NCBI GenBank assembly: GCA_003693705.1
Contig: RBZT01000657.1
Location: 95,252 to 159,251 of the forward strand
From: Polymyxa betae A26-41
Taxonomy: Eukaryota > Protista > Endomyxa: Phytomyxea
Length of the DNA stretch: 64,000 bases
Reading direction: 5' to 3'
Part shown: positions 25,793 through 38,211 of the stretch, in pieces
Position numbering within the stretch: the first letter of the stretch is position 1
Layout of the letters: each line of letters starts with the position of its first letter
Made by a program: the position numbers and the translations under genes
Notes under the pieces: model-generated
What the model saw: the letters and a program-made list of their open reading frames with translations, nothing else
What the model was told of the DNA's origin: nothing
Databases searched by the model: none

Positions 25793-28649
25793 TTATATTT
25801 CCTTTTTCCAAATCTTCGCCTTGGATTGAGATTTGTGTTGTTGCCTTTTCATTGGCTTTGAATACGTGATCGGTTCAATAATCTGTCCCATCTTGCATTT
25901 GATTGTAGGCTGAATCAGGTCGGTATGAGCGCTCTGCGAATGCCATTCACTGCCAAGCGGTATCTGCAGCGATCTCTCATAAAGCTCGGCGTTCGCATAA
26001 GGGAACGGCACCGATTTCAGTCGATACTTCTGCAGTTTCTTATCGTGCTTCTCATTGATGATAACATGAGACATAGATCCGTCCTGGCGTCTATCGATTG
26101 CCGCCTTCTTCCTGGCCGCTTGTTCAGCAAGACGTTCACCCGCTCGCCGCTTCGCCGCCCGACTTGGCTTCAAACCGGATCCTGACCACGATCCCCATCC
26201 AGGCAGGACCGTATCGGGCTCATCTGGTAGATCTTCGCTGACGATCGCCTGCTTCTCGGCCAAGAAGTCTTCAACTTCGTCACCAGCAGTTGCGAAAGCA
26301 GCTTGGATAAGGGCGCGGTGCTCTTTGTTAGCGGCCGCTGGCACCAGGCTAAACCCGCCATCTTCGTCGTTCTCATCAACGACAGCCATCTCCAGCAGTT
26401 TCGCCGACGATTTCTTATCAGCCTTAGCAGCCGAATTTCCATGCTGCCAGGGATTGTCAGCTGAAGGTGCCTCTTTCGTCTTCGCTTTAGATTTCTTATT
26501 TCGTTTCGAAGCAGGTTCCTTCGAGGCTAATCCCTCATTAGCTACAGGTTCCGTGGCCCCCTGTTTGAAATCGAAATGATTGTTAGCGGCGGTCTCAGCT
26601 TTGGCGTCCTCATTATCGATAGCAGACTTCGTCGCTGTATCGATATTGCCAGATACTCTCGACCTGAATCCAGCCGAAGTGAACCCAACCTGCTCTATTT
26701 GTAGGGAATTGGGAAGGATATTGACCTTGGAGCCGCCTGAATCACTCAGGGAAGCCAAAGTCGACCCAGGACCGAACGATCTGCGACCGGAAACAGCAGC
26801 TGGCGAGGGTTCGTCGATGGGCGCATCAGATTCGTCAGCGTCGGATCCAGCAGCAGCACTTTCAAATTCACGCATCATTGCCTGGGCTTGAGCTTTCTGC
26901 TGTTCAGCAGCCCGGACCATGAATTTCAGGCCGTACACGCCCTTGCGCTTTTCAGGTTGTTCGTTGTCGATCTCTTTGGAGAGCAGAGACACCTCGGCCG
27001 CAGCCTTATCATCGTCTTCGTCACTACTGCTGCAGTCATCTTCGTCTTTCAACGACTGAATTCGTGAACGAAGCGCCTCGATTCCTCGTTGCTGGTCAGC
27101 GACCTTCTCTTTGACTTCGGCATCGGCCAGGCCACCTTAAATGAGTCATTAAAAATGTCGTAGTAGGAGGCAACGAAATGAACCATGTTTCAGCGCTGAT
27201 TTCATCCATTTACTGGTGTTCTTGACACGCAGACTCATTCGGGCATTAATTCGTTCCAGCTCTCGTTTCTCCCGTTCTTCTTGCAACATTTCTTCATCCT
27301 GGGAATGATCATATCAGAGATACATTCTTCGCAATAGAAAAAACGCAGCGGTATATCATCGAACAAGATCTCGACAAAACCGAATAGATTGAAATTAACG
27401 GATGTGTTTGGACCGAAAACAAAAAACAATCTGATGATGAACTCACTTGCTCTTCGTTCTCTGCAGATTTCGACTGGGCTTTCTTCAGATGTTTTCGGAA
27501 CGCTTTCGATTTGATTTTCTTGATCCGTTTAGCTCGCAGCTCGTGATAGAAAAGCAGCGATCGCATCTTGGCGATTTGATCCTGGCGTTTCTCCATCTCT
27601 TCAGCACCAATGACGTTTTCATCGAGTTTCTCGCCTTGGCTCAGCTGCTTCTCTGTCTCTTTGTACATTTTCGTCAGCTCTTTGAGATCGTTTTCAAGGC
27701 TGTTCGTGGATTTGAATTTCGCCACGAGCGATGCGCTCGATTCATTGTACTTCTCCTGCTTAAGCGGGAATGTCAAAGACTCAGCACGACGATTAGCTTG
27801 AACAAGATGAGCCCATTTATCCATCTCATCTTTGGTTCGCTGGAAACCAGCAGAACGTTCCAGGCGGCGCTTATCAACCGCCTCCAATGGCACATCAGCG
27901 ACTTTCGTCTTCTTATCGGTCACAAACTTATCGAACGTCGATTTAACTCCCGCAAACATCGAGTTAGTTTGCAGCGGATTCAGTAAGGCGTCTAATGTGA
28001 GCTTGGTCTCGGATGTTGAGCAAGCCGCCGTCGCCTGCTCGATCAGCTGATCTGCGTTACGTCGTAGGCGGGCGTCATCACGTCGAGAAAGCTGTTCGAT
28101 CACTGAAAGGACGGCGGCGTGAGCTTCAGGCTCGTCATCGTCTCCCTCTGAAGCTGAAAGCTGCTCGTCGTCGCCATCACTCTCGTCCTCACCGCTTCCA
28201 TCATCACCTTCTTCGTCGCTTTCGTCTTGACCACTTCCATCATCGTCTTCTTCGTCGCTTTCATCTTGACCACTTCCATCATCGGCAATTTCGCCTTTGT
28301 AGTCAACGAGATCCTCTTTAGAAAGATTTGTCGTGGATTTCGACGGCGGCGATTCGTCATCGCTGGAAAGAAGGTCGGAAAGATTAACTAATTTCACACC
28401 AGTTCGTTTCGATTCTTCCCGAAGTTTCAATTCGAGCTGCTTTCGATCGATTTTGTCGCCGCGTATTTTCAAGAAATCTTGATCAACGTCGTCGGATTCA
28501 TCGGATTCGCACGCCAACTCTTCGTCAACTTCTTCATCTTCGAAATCTGATGGGATATCATAACCAAAATCGCATGTTGGCACGATGTCCAGGTCTTCGT
28601 CATCAACAGTCTTCTGCTTACGTCCAGGCTTCTGGATTTTTCTCCCCAT
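25793..28649 (-). CDS. UTP14: U3 snoRNP/SSU processome protein Utp14
   Basis: KMRSLLFYHELRAKRIKKIKSKAFRK, LPGWGSWSG, VIINEK, VPFPY...YERSL..PLGSEW. Confidence 0.95.
28175..28290 (-). repeat. Three ~39-bp tandem units inside UTP14 encoding DDGSG(Q/E)DESD(EE)
   Basis: DDGSGQDESDEED / DDGSGQDESDEEG / DDGSGEDESD in the translation. Confidence 0.85.
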
Positions 28650-29139
28650 GATAGGCGGGACTGATGAGATTTCAGATTCAGGAACCCGGGTAATGATAGA
28701 CGGATCTAACGGAGTCCGTGACGCACTAAGGATCCATCTACTACTGTACAGATCTACTTAGCACACATTGGCTCGTTCTTTGAAATAATCGTCTTACTTG
28801 ATGGTACCTTTGCAATGTCTAAATTGACACACAAGTTTGTTACAGGTATTTGAGGATGCGTTTCGGCTGTACGATGCACCTGGCGGTTGCAAATGAGATC
28901 GTTTGAAAGTCATTTGCAAGTGTCTGCTCAAATATGCTGATGAGACGTTGTTGTTGCTACGATCGAATACGTAAACAGTGTTGCATTCGGGCTAGCGAGA
29001 GCGTAATTTGAATAGAGAGTCTTCAGTAGTTGAAGGCGCTACAAATGGCCATTTCGGCCGTCCAACGGTTGGAAGATGCCAATCGCATCAAAGATTGAGC
29101 TTTGAATACGGACACACACAGGCCAGGTACTTGGTGAGC

Positions 29140-29940
29140 TCATCGAGATCGAGCCGATCGCATACTACCCTGCTCGCCATATGAAGACCTGCTGAGTTTC
29201 GTCCGCGATCGGATTACTGGTTCCTGAGAGCAGGAACATTGGACCAGATGGATGGAGGTGGCCTTCGCGTCCACCAGCGGCCGTATGAAACCCTGACCGG
29301 TGGTTCTGGAGCCCGTCATCAACGAATTTCAAGTCAATCTGCACGAGGGCATCATGTCGGATCTGACCTATTACATCTACCAAGGCTGCTTATCGGAGCG
29401 AACGCGGATGTTGCTGGAGCAGCACCACCTGAATACGAATCGGGCCCGGGATCTGGCCGTGGAGGAGCGACTGCAGTTCCTTGCACACTCCGGGAGCAGC
29501 GAAGTGGGCAACGCCATGGCTGTGGCCAGTACGATCCGGGTCAGCGGCAGCGGCCTCAGCAACACGCGGCGACGACGATTCCTGTCGCTCGAGCGCGACA
29601 AACGATCACAGCTTCAGTGAAGCAGCGGCAGCGTTGCTACAAATGTGGCGAGCGAGGTCACGTTCGCCCAGCATGTTCCGAAAAGGCGGAGCCGACCTCC
29701 ATTGCCGCCGCAGCCAAATCAACCTGAAAGCGTGGGGACGCTGCAGCCGCCTTAAACACCTTCAATTTAGGGGATCTGCAAACACAGCCAGCAATCGAAG
29801 AATCGTTGCCGCGAGGAGGGACATCCTTGATCATGGTCGAGTTCGAAGGACGGGTCTTCAAGGCGCTGGTCGATACCGGTGCGGACGTTCGAGTGGCGAG
29901 ACGACGAGTCATCGAAGCGGCCAAATCTGCGACTTAATTA
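29140..29940 (+). mobile_element. Degenerate LTR retrotransposon remnant (gag CCHC knuckle plus aspartic protease; Ty3/gypsy-like)
   Basis: CYKCGERGHVRPAC knuckle (29635-29676), then in another frame LIMVEFEGRVFKALVDTGAD (retropepsin DTG at 29872-29880); frameshifts; locally GC-rich. Confidence 0.85.
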
Positions 29941-30311
29941 ACGACGTCGCTGTCATGACACGATTCACTGGCTAAGATGTTTTGCCAGGCAGTTATGCAT
30001 AGAGTTGTTGGTCGGGAAATACGAACAGACCCACATCTATTTCTGAAGAACGAGTACTTTACATAATTATCAATAATTATCAAACATCAATTAAAACCTC
30101 CCATTTATCATCAATTTTCATACTTCTCAATTCCATTACGTAATAATGCCTGGTTTGATCATGAACATAATGTGGGATTATGTCATGGTTACGTTACATG
30201 GACATCTATCATCAACTGCATTTTGAGCGCAATTTCTGTATGTACTGCTGTACCCTCTCCCATCCCATTTTGTAAATATCCAATATATAATCCCACGATC
30301 ATCCAGCGTGT

Positions 30312-33300
30312 ATGCTGGCTGCCTTCACCCGGTCGTTTCGCTTGATCAGGAATTCTAGAAGGCGGCTTCTGTCAGAAGTCGCCGATGATGGCGAAGGAAT
30401 TGTGAAGAAGTCGGCCACCAATGCCCTGTTGCCGATGGGAGCTGATGTTCCTCGTCCGGCCGAAGTGTTATCGATTCCGCTGTCTCGTCGTCCATTATTT
30501 CCTGGCCTCGCATACCCAGTCAGGTCGGCTTATAAACAGCTACGAAGCTCGCTGAAATTAAATTCCGTTTCTGTAGGCTGCAAGATAAATCAGTTATCGA
30601 TGAAGTGCAACGTCTTATGAAATCCGGCTCTCCTTATATTGCAATGTTTTATCGTCGGAAAGATGTCGCCCACACGGGATCTCTGAACGTAATTCAATCG
30701 GTTAATGAGATTTATAATGTCGGGACGCTCGGTCAAGTTTTTCGGATTGTTCCCTGTAATATACGTTGGACATTGCATACTCTAATCATATTTAACATTG
30801 TCATTTAGCTGTTAGTATCGATGGTCAGTTGAATGAGGCGCAAGCGTTCGTCATGGGTCATAGAAGACTTATAACATCAGCTCTTAATCAAGTCGAGCCA
30901 TTCTCTATTTGCCAGGTGGAGCATTTCGAAGAGAAAAAATTAGAAGCGAGATGCAGCTTGGATCCCACTACCATCAAGGTTGGAAATATGCAAAATCTGA
31001 TGCTCCTTTTAATCACAACGCAGGCATACAAAATGGAGATCGTGGCCACAATGAGGGAAATTCGTGCTCTCAATCCAATGTTTAAAGAGCAATTGGAATT
31101 GTTCTTGCAAACTGTGGAATTCAACGATCCTGAGAAGTCGGGCATACTGGCCGATATCGCAGCGCAGTTGACTTCTGCTGATGGCACCGAACTTCAAGAG
31201 GTCGGCTTTCTATTTGTATCTGATCATGTCATCAGACCATAACTTTTTTCGTAGATATTGGAAGCGTTTGACCCAGGAGAACGTTTAGCCAAGGCATTGC
31301 TGCTGTTAAAGAAAGAATTAGAGCTCAGTAAGATGCAAAGTGACATTAGTAAACAGGTCGAAGAAAAAATCAACAAGAATCAACGAAGGTCTGCATACAA
31401 AGCTCAATGCAAAATGAACTCAGTTTTGCATAGGTTCCTCTTGATGGAACAGTTGAAGTCGATTAAGAAAGAGCTCGGTTTGGAGCGAGACGAGAAGGAA
31501 GAACTCGTGACGAGATTTCGGGATAGGCTGAAGGATCGTCACCCTCCGGATGAAATCATCAGCGTCATTGACGAAGAGTCCAATAAGCTACAACATCTCG
31601 AACCTGCAGCTTCCGAATTCAATGTAAACACGTCATTTTGTGTGTGAAGTATATCTAACTGACACCGTTAGGTGACAAGAAATTATTTGGATTGGCTCAC
31701 GATCATGGTATTATATTGATTTTAGTGGTTTCTCAGTTTTGAGAATTGTACGATAGCCGTGGGGAATTTACACATCGGAGGCATTCGATGTCGCTAAGGC
31801 GAAGGCGATCCTGGATGCTGAACATTACGGAATGGATTTGGTGAAATCGCGGATTCTCGAATTCATTGCAGTTGGTCAATTACTGGGAGAGTCGCCCGCC
31901 GGCAAGATTCTCTGTCTAGTTGGTGATTCCAAAAACTCTCTCTCAGTTTCCTGGTGTCAATACTCTTTAAACAGGACCTCCCGGTGTTGGCAAAACTTCA
32001 ATAGGGAAATCGGTTGCACACAGCTTGGGAAGAAAATTCTTCAGATTTAGGTATGCTTGCTGATCCTTGAGGAAAGTTTCTGATGGTTTCTTAGTGTTGG
32101 CGGTTTAACCGATGTTGCCGAAATTAAGGGCCACCGAAGGTTAATTTTCGTTCTGTGGTGATTAATGTTGAATTTGATCTTTGTTTAGAACCTATGTTGG
32201 GGCTATGCCTGGAAAATTGATTCAATGTTTGAAACAAACACAAACCTCGAACCCAGTTGTGCTTATCGACGAGATCGACAAAATCGGACGTGGAGTTCAA
32301 GGTGATCCAAGTTCCGCCCTTCTTGAAGTATCATTCATCTATACAATATTCTGTAAATTTTGATTATCTTTCTTCAGGTTTTAGATCCGGAACAAAACGG
32401 TACTTTCGTCGACCACTATCTCGTAATGCTTTCAATTGCGCTTGGTTGCAATGTAAATGGTTTCAGGACGCTCCGGTGGACCTGTCCCGAATACTGTTTA
32501 TTTGCACTGCGAATAGCGAGGACCCGATACCGAAGCCATTAGCAGACAGAATTGAATTCATTCGACTTCCTGGTTATATCCATGATGAAAAGGTCAGCTT
32601 CAATGGCGCTTCTCGACCCTTCTTGAAACGCGTCAGATGGCGATTGCTAAAAGATATCTATCGTCAATTGCTCGCTCGAAAACCGGCATCTCAACAGAGC
32701 AAGTCGACCTCACGGATAACGCTCTCGATGCTCTGATTAGAGGGTTAGATTGTAGCTCATTTGTTAAAAACCCTAACTGTTGCAGATACTGCCGAGAAGC
32801 CGGTGTCAGAGAATTGGCGAAACGCATTGATCAAATTTACAGGTTACTTCTCCTAGGGATAGAGGACCCACTTGCTTAGTTGTCTATAGAAAGGCAGCCT
32901 TCAAAATTGTTGAGGGTGCTACGCCCCCTCTTGTTATTACTGATGCCAACTTGCACGAATATGTTGGTGGTCATGCGATTTTCAAATCGGAACTGATGTA
33001 CGATAAATTACCACCTGGAGTGTGCATGGGATTGGCCTGGACCAGTATGGGCGGCTCCCTTCTATACATTGAAGGAGCTATCGTTGACACTCAGAAGGAT
33101 AAAGGAGCGTTGCAATACACAGGAAATCTGGGACAGGTTTGACGCTTCTTTTTGAAAAGTTTACGTCTTTATATTCTATAGGTTATGAAAGAAAGTGCTG
33201 AATTGTCTTATTCTGTAGCCAAACAGTTCTTGGCTGATATCGAGCTTGGAAACCATTTCTTCAGGGACGCTATCATTCATTTGCATGCTCCAGAAGGTAT

Positions 33301-33718
33301 CTATTCGGATTACTTTACCGCCCGACGTTCTCTTTGATAAGGCAACAATACAGGAGCTGTTAGTAAGGAAGGGCCTTCCGCTGGGATCACTATGGTCAGT
33401 GGTCTAGTATCATTGGCTTTAAATAGGCCTATACGATCAGATGTGGCGATGACTGGTGAAATCTCCCTTACAGGGAAGGTATTGCGAATTGGCGGCGTCA
33501 AAGAAAAAGCAATTGCTGCCAAACGTGCTGGTATGTTTCCCGCAAATGCAAACCTGTTGCTTTGTAACCGTTGCTTTCAAGGTATCAGAACAATTTTGGT
33601 TCCTGAGCATAATCGTAGCGATGTTGAGGAGCTCCCCGATAATGTCAAAGAAGGAATCCAATTCAAGTTTTGTTCAACGTTCGACGACGTCTACCGAGAA
33701 GCGTTTACAGCTGCTTGA
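30312..33718 (+). CDS. LONP1: Mitochondrial Lon protease, many exons
   Basis: [41 protein letters not shown], (K)EGPSAG catalytic Ser, GGVKEK catalytic Lys. Confidence 0.96.
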
Positions 33719-33857
33719 ATCCAATACAAGTTTCTTTTTTATTAGTTTCTGTTGTTGGGATGTTGCTACGGTCAGACCCTAATCTTGACTGTCATCTTAT
33801 TAAGTGCACTGACTCATTTGCAAGCACATCGAGGTTTTTCGCAATTTTTTCCACATT

Positions 33858-33888
33858 GGGTCTAGGGTTTAGGGTAGGGTTAGGGTTT
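33858..33888 (+). promoter_or_regulatory. Interstitial telomere-like tract / telo-box cluster with five GGG runs (G4-capable)
   Basis: GGGTCTAGGGTTTAGGGTAGGGTTAGGGTTT, ~70 nt upstream of ATG 33958. Confidence 0.75.
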
Positions 33889-33957
33889 CTTCCGCTGATA
33901 TTCACAGATGTTGTTCATGATAGTCGATGTGGTATCCGTGATCTGATCTTGTGATTA

Positions 33958-36335
33958 ATGGCACCATCTAACGAGGCTTGGCTCAAACCAGCCATTCTAT
34001 CAGCATTATCATCAACTCCATCCAATTCACCAACCCTGTTGCCATCACAAATTTTTCTCTTACAATGCTCTCCTATTAATGGATCACCTATCACTCCTGT
34101 CCATGCTCTCCTTTCTGATAAACATACTCATATTAATGCTGTTATAAGTGTTCATGCTGGTCAACTATTCTGCAAGTAATCGCTTGACAATTCTCCGAAT
34201 AATTTCTAATTGTTTATGTAGGCGTCTTGAGCAATCCGGTTTGGGAATGTTAAGTCAGGCCCTCGTTGCATTAAAACATTATACGTTAATGCTGCAACAA
34301 TCTAATGGTAATAAGGAAGCTCTACCAAAGCTCTTAATTATGGTTGAAGAACTCAATTTTCTTTCACCGTGTCGAAATTTCCCGAAGACAACAACTCTAT
34401 TGGATGAAGATGAAGAAATCGCTTCCAGGATCCGTTATGTCTATCATGATTTTTTTAAAGAGCCCCGTCCTAAACCACCTGATCATTGTGACTATCGAAT
34501 CGATCCCGATGCCATTCAGCTGATTGTTCAGAATTCACATAAATCGGCTCTTGTTCCAGGTGATCATCTCCAGTCCTTTTAAGTATGACGTTATTGACCT
34601 AATTACAGGTTGGTCACAAATATCTCGACCTGCACATGATGATGACAAAGATGATGATACAATTGATTCGGAACCTGCTAAAGATCGCTCTATATCATCT
34701 GTAAGTTTGTATTACTTATAGATTCATATTACTGAAAGGTTTAATTGATAACAGTCTCCTAAACCTGCAGAGATGTCTTCATTGCAATTTCTGTCACCTG
34801 AAAAGATTATGAGATCATCTACAGATCTTGACTGTAAACAGCCAGAAATCGTCTCAGAGCCATTACAGGACGATGTCGTCATGAATGAGATCTCAAATGC
34901 AACACCAGAAGGCATTGTTAAAGATGACAATCTCAGAAATGTTGATGATGCCCTCCTTGGTAATATTGCTAAAGATAGGGAGATACCCCAATCAGAATCA
35001 GTTGATGTTGAACCAGCTCATGCAGATAACCCAGATTCTCGGATACAGCAGAATGGAGCCGACACGAATTATTCAATGCATCCAGAAATTGAAGTTATTG
35101 ATTGTATCGATGAGGATGTATTCCCCGGCGAGTTCACTCCTGGTCTCACTCAATTCGGATTAGACGATATCGAAGAATTAGATTTTCACACAGCGCTTGT
35201 TGAATTGCCCATCTTAATTGATCTAACGATTGCTTCTGATCAAGAGACTGATAGAACAAGTTTTAAGGTGTCAGTTAAGAAAGAGGTTATCTCTCCTAAG
35301 AGATCTCGGCCTTCTATTCATATCGAGTATCCTGACGAATCAGAACCTGCTGAGGAGATTATCAGACAACAGCCTGTTAATATTACTGTCGACAGTCGAG
35401 TTCCATCTGATAGTAACATTCCGGACCTTGATGCTAATGCAAACAAATTAGAAATCGCATCTGTGCATAACCTGCAATCAGAAACTGAGACTGCTCAGGG
35501 AATCGCTAAAAATCCAGAAAAGTCTGCCAAGGAGGCCATGCAGAAATCTGAAATTCAGCTCAAGATGCGGAAATCCGCTTCACTACAATCAGGATCAATA
35601 TCAATTCAGAACACTGGAACACGTTTGAAGAAATCAGGAGCGACGTCCTGTCGTCAGGAAAATGGCTCTCGTTCGAAGATGTCTGCAACTGCAACAACTA
35701 TTCAAAGAACTGACAATCATGCCAAGAATCTGGGATCCCAACACGCCGATATTCATTTAAAGGCTGCTATGGATAAGGACGCTGCTTCGTTGCCGACACC
35801 GGAACCTGATCTCAACAAGAACAAACAACTACAAGAAACGTGGAGAAAGCTAAAATCATCAGGCGTGCTGAAATGCCAATCTCACTCGAAAAGTCCAGGA
35901 TTACAATCGGATAGATCTAATAACGGAGACAAACGTCTACAACCTCACAATCAAACCTTCATGGAACCGATAAATACCGTCACAGCAAAATCTGACGAAG
36001 AATCGGGATCCAGAAAGCGACAGCAAAATAATGGATCTGTTAAGGCAGCGAAGCAAAACGCAGAGATCGTGCAAAAAGTGAGTAACCTTTCCGAAGCTCA
36101 GGCATATGCGAGTGAAATTTCGGAGACCCGATTCGACATGGTATCGTCGAGACCACAAAAGAAGCAGAAAATGGCATCGACGTCTGTTGATGTTCATGAG
36201 GGAGACAATAACCGTCTCGATTCACGTGAAAGCAACGAACCCGAATCTTCAAACACAAAGATGTTAACAAGTCACGATCTACTTCTGGCTACTCTGAAAT
36301 ATACAACTGCCAGGTTTAGGAGAAGAAAGCGGTGA
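33958..36335 (+). CDS. TPP1/Est3-like OB-fold protein with a long disordered C-terminus
   Basis: AWLKPAI...QIFLLQ...HALLSDKHTHINAVIS...ALVALKHYTL...PKLLIMVEELNFL parallels the TPP1 OB pattern PWIRELI...LLVSDGTHSVRCLVT...RLLLLQD...FYLQVDRFSLL. Confidence 0.7.
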
Positions 36336-36610
36336 TAATCGTAGGCTGCTATTTAAAAGCACCGTTGTAATATGTTTATATCCCCACTGAATATTTATTG
36401 CACGATATGATAATCGACAAAATATTCAAATCATTGTTGAATGAGCCCTGATCGTGGCTTCAAACATTGAAAATAACCCGCATGTCAATAAGGCAATAAT
36501 CAGGATTTCAAACTAATTGTTCTATTGATTTCACTTGTTAGCTCATAAGTTGTTTTAATACATCCACCAGATGCGTCTGTCTTTTGTGTCCCATTGTGAG
36601 GCGAACAGAT

Positions 36611-38134
36611 CTAGTCAAATACCTCGAACTCATCGAGAGATGAGTATTCGTCAGAGTCAAATCCCATTTCATCGTTATAATCGTTATCCTTGGACTGACC
36701 ATCATCTTGAGCAACTGTGTTGGATGCAGCTAACCTCTCGGCGGAATCGTGCAACATCTGATGCCAATCGCGCCTAGTATCAGCATTATTCTCGGGCTCA
36801 AATGGACCCATGGACATCCACGTCAACACGCGACGTTTCATAATTGATCGGATTTCAGCCAGGTCTTCCTCGCTTGTCCAACCCGATCTTCTATCACATG
36901 TAGACGTAGGGCGTGCATTGTTAACAACAGTTTGTAGATCGACTCCAGACAAATCGCAAAGCTGATAAAGGATGAAGCTTTGTTGAGGTGGTGCACTGAA
37001 ATCAATATCTGAAGGCAGCACAACAAGTCGAACATCGGGATGAGATGGGTTTAGCCTATAAAACATTAAAAGAAAGGACTCCAATGGAATTATCATCACG
37101 ATTACCCATTGAATACCTTCTTCGTTAAGTTCGACTTATTTTGAGCTGCCGCTTGCTGGTTACGTCTCTCAGCAACCCTGCTAATGAAGTCTTCGCGGAT
37201 CCGAATATCAATGCATTGATACTTTAAGCTGGATGGGTCTTTTCTGGGATCGTAACCATACCGACACCTAAACCATCTTTTTGAGCCAGGAACAAAACAA
37301 GACCAATGACAGACCAGAGCCCTCTCCAAGGACCGCCCTATCAATCATCAATAAACTTATCGAATGAGCACATTAAGCTAATCGTACTGAGAACCGGTAA
37401 GCGACACAATAAATATATCTGATAACACTTCGTCGATCTTGATTCGCCAAGCGCATCGTATGAAGCAGGAGACGCTTGGAGATGACTGGTCTTCTATCAA
37501 ATAGCTCTTTAATCTTCAACGTAACAGGATGATGAAGGGCTGCTTCTGATGCTGAGAATGAATTTGGTTCTGGTCCTTGAGGAACTTCAGCTGCATCGAA
37601 CGGGATCAAAGCGAATCGCGAAAACCGGTTATGATGATCGGCAAGGCGAGATTCGATTCGCTTACGCCGGGTTTCACCTGTTGCAGATTCTCGATATCTG
37701 TAGTCACGAGGTGTCGATATATTGGATAATGAAACAGGAGGTAATAGCTGGATCTCTTTGATGAATGGCGTCTTGTGTACAATTTGAAAATCAGATAAAG
37801 ACACAAAACGGGCAGTCTTGTTTACGCGACCGACAATACGAGGAATAATAGAGCCATCAGGGCGTCTTTTAACCTCCATTAAGAACGTGGTACTATCAGA
37901 AATACTGGCCTCAATCGGCGTACAGAACGGGTCGTCAGGACGAAGGTTTAACCGCAACGATGTCGTGGTGGTGGTTTCTTCCCGTTCGGCATCGACTGAC
38001 GACAAGGCCCTTGCAACGGTTTCTTCGCCACCGATAGCATCCAAAGCTTTATGTAGAAGCCGGACTCGGCCTGGAACTTCAACCGATACAAAATCACGAC
38101 AATCGATTGATAGCTGAAATGAGTCGACTGTCAT
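36611..38134 (-). CDS. GTF3C5: TFIIIC subunit tau95/Sfc1
   Basis: VEVPGRV, LRPDDPFCTPI, RF.SLSDFQ, LFDRRP, YGYDPRKDP...YQ, YQLCDL, C...SGW, acidic tail. Confidence 0.92.
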
Positions 38135-38211
38135 GACTCAAATACAAGGTATCATAAATGCGCATAATCGCGGAAATCGAATGACATTTGTTTAGGTTCA
38201 AATAACATTTA

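Noticed and set aside
32766-32777. AAACCCTAAC telo-box inside a Lon intron (and AACCCTAA at ~17449)
   Set aside because: Single copies, and the Lon one overlaps a CTAAC branch point; expected by chance
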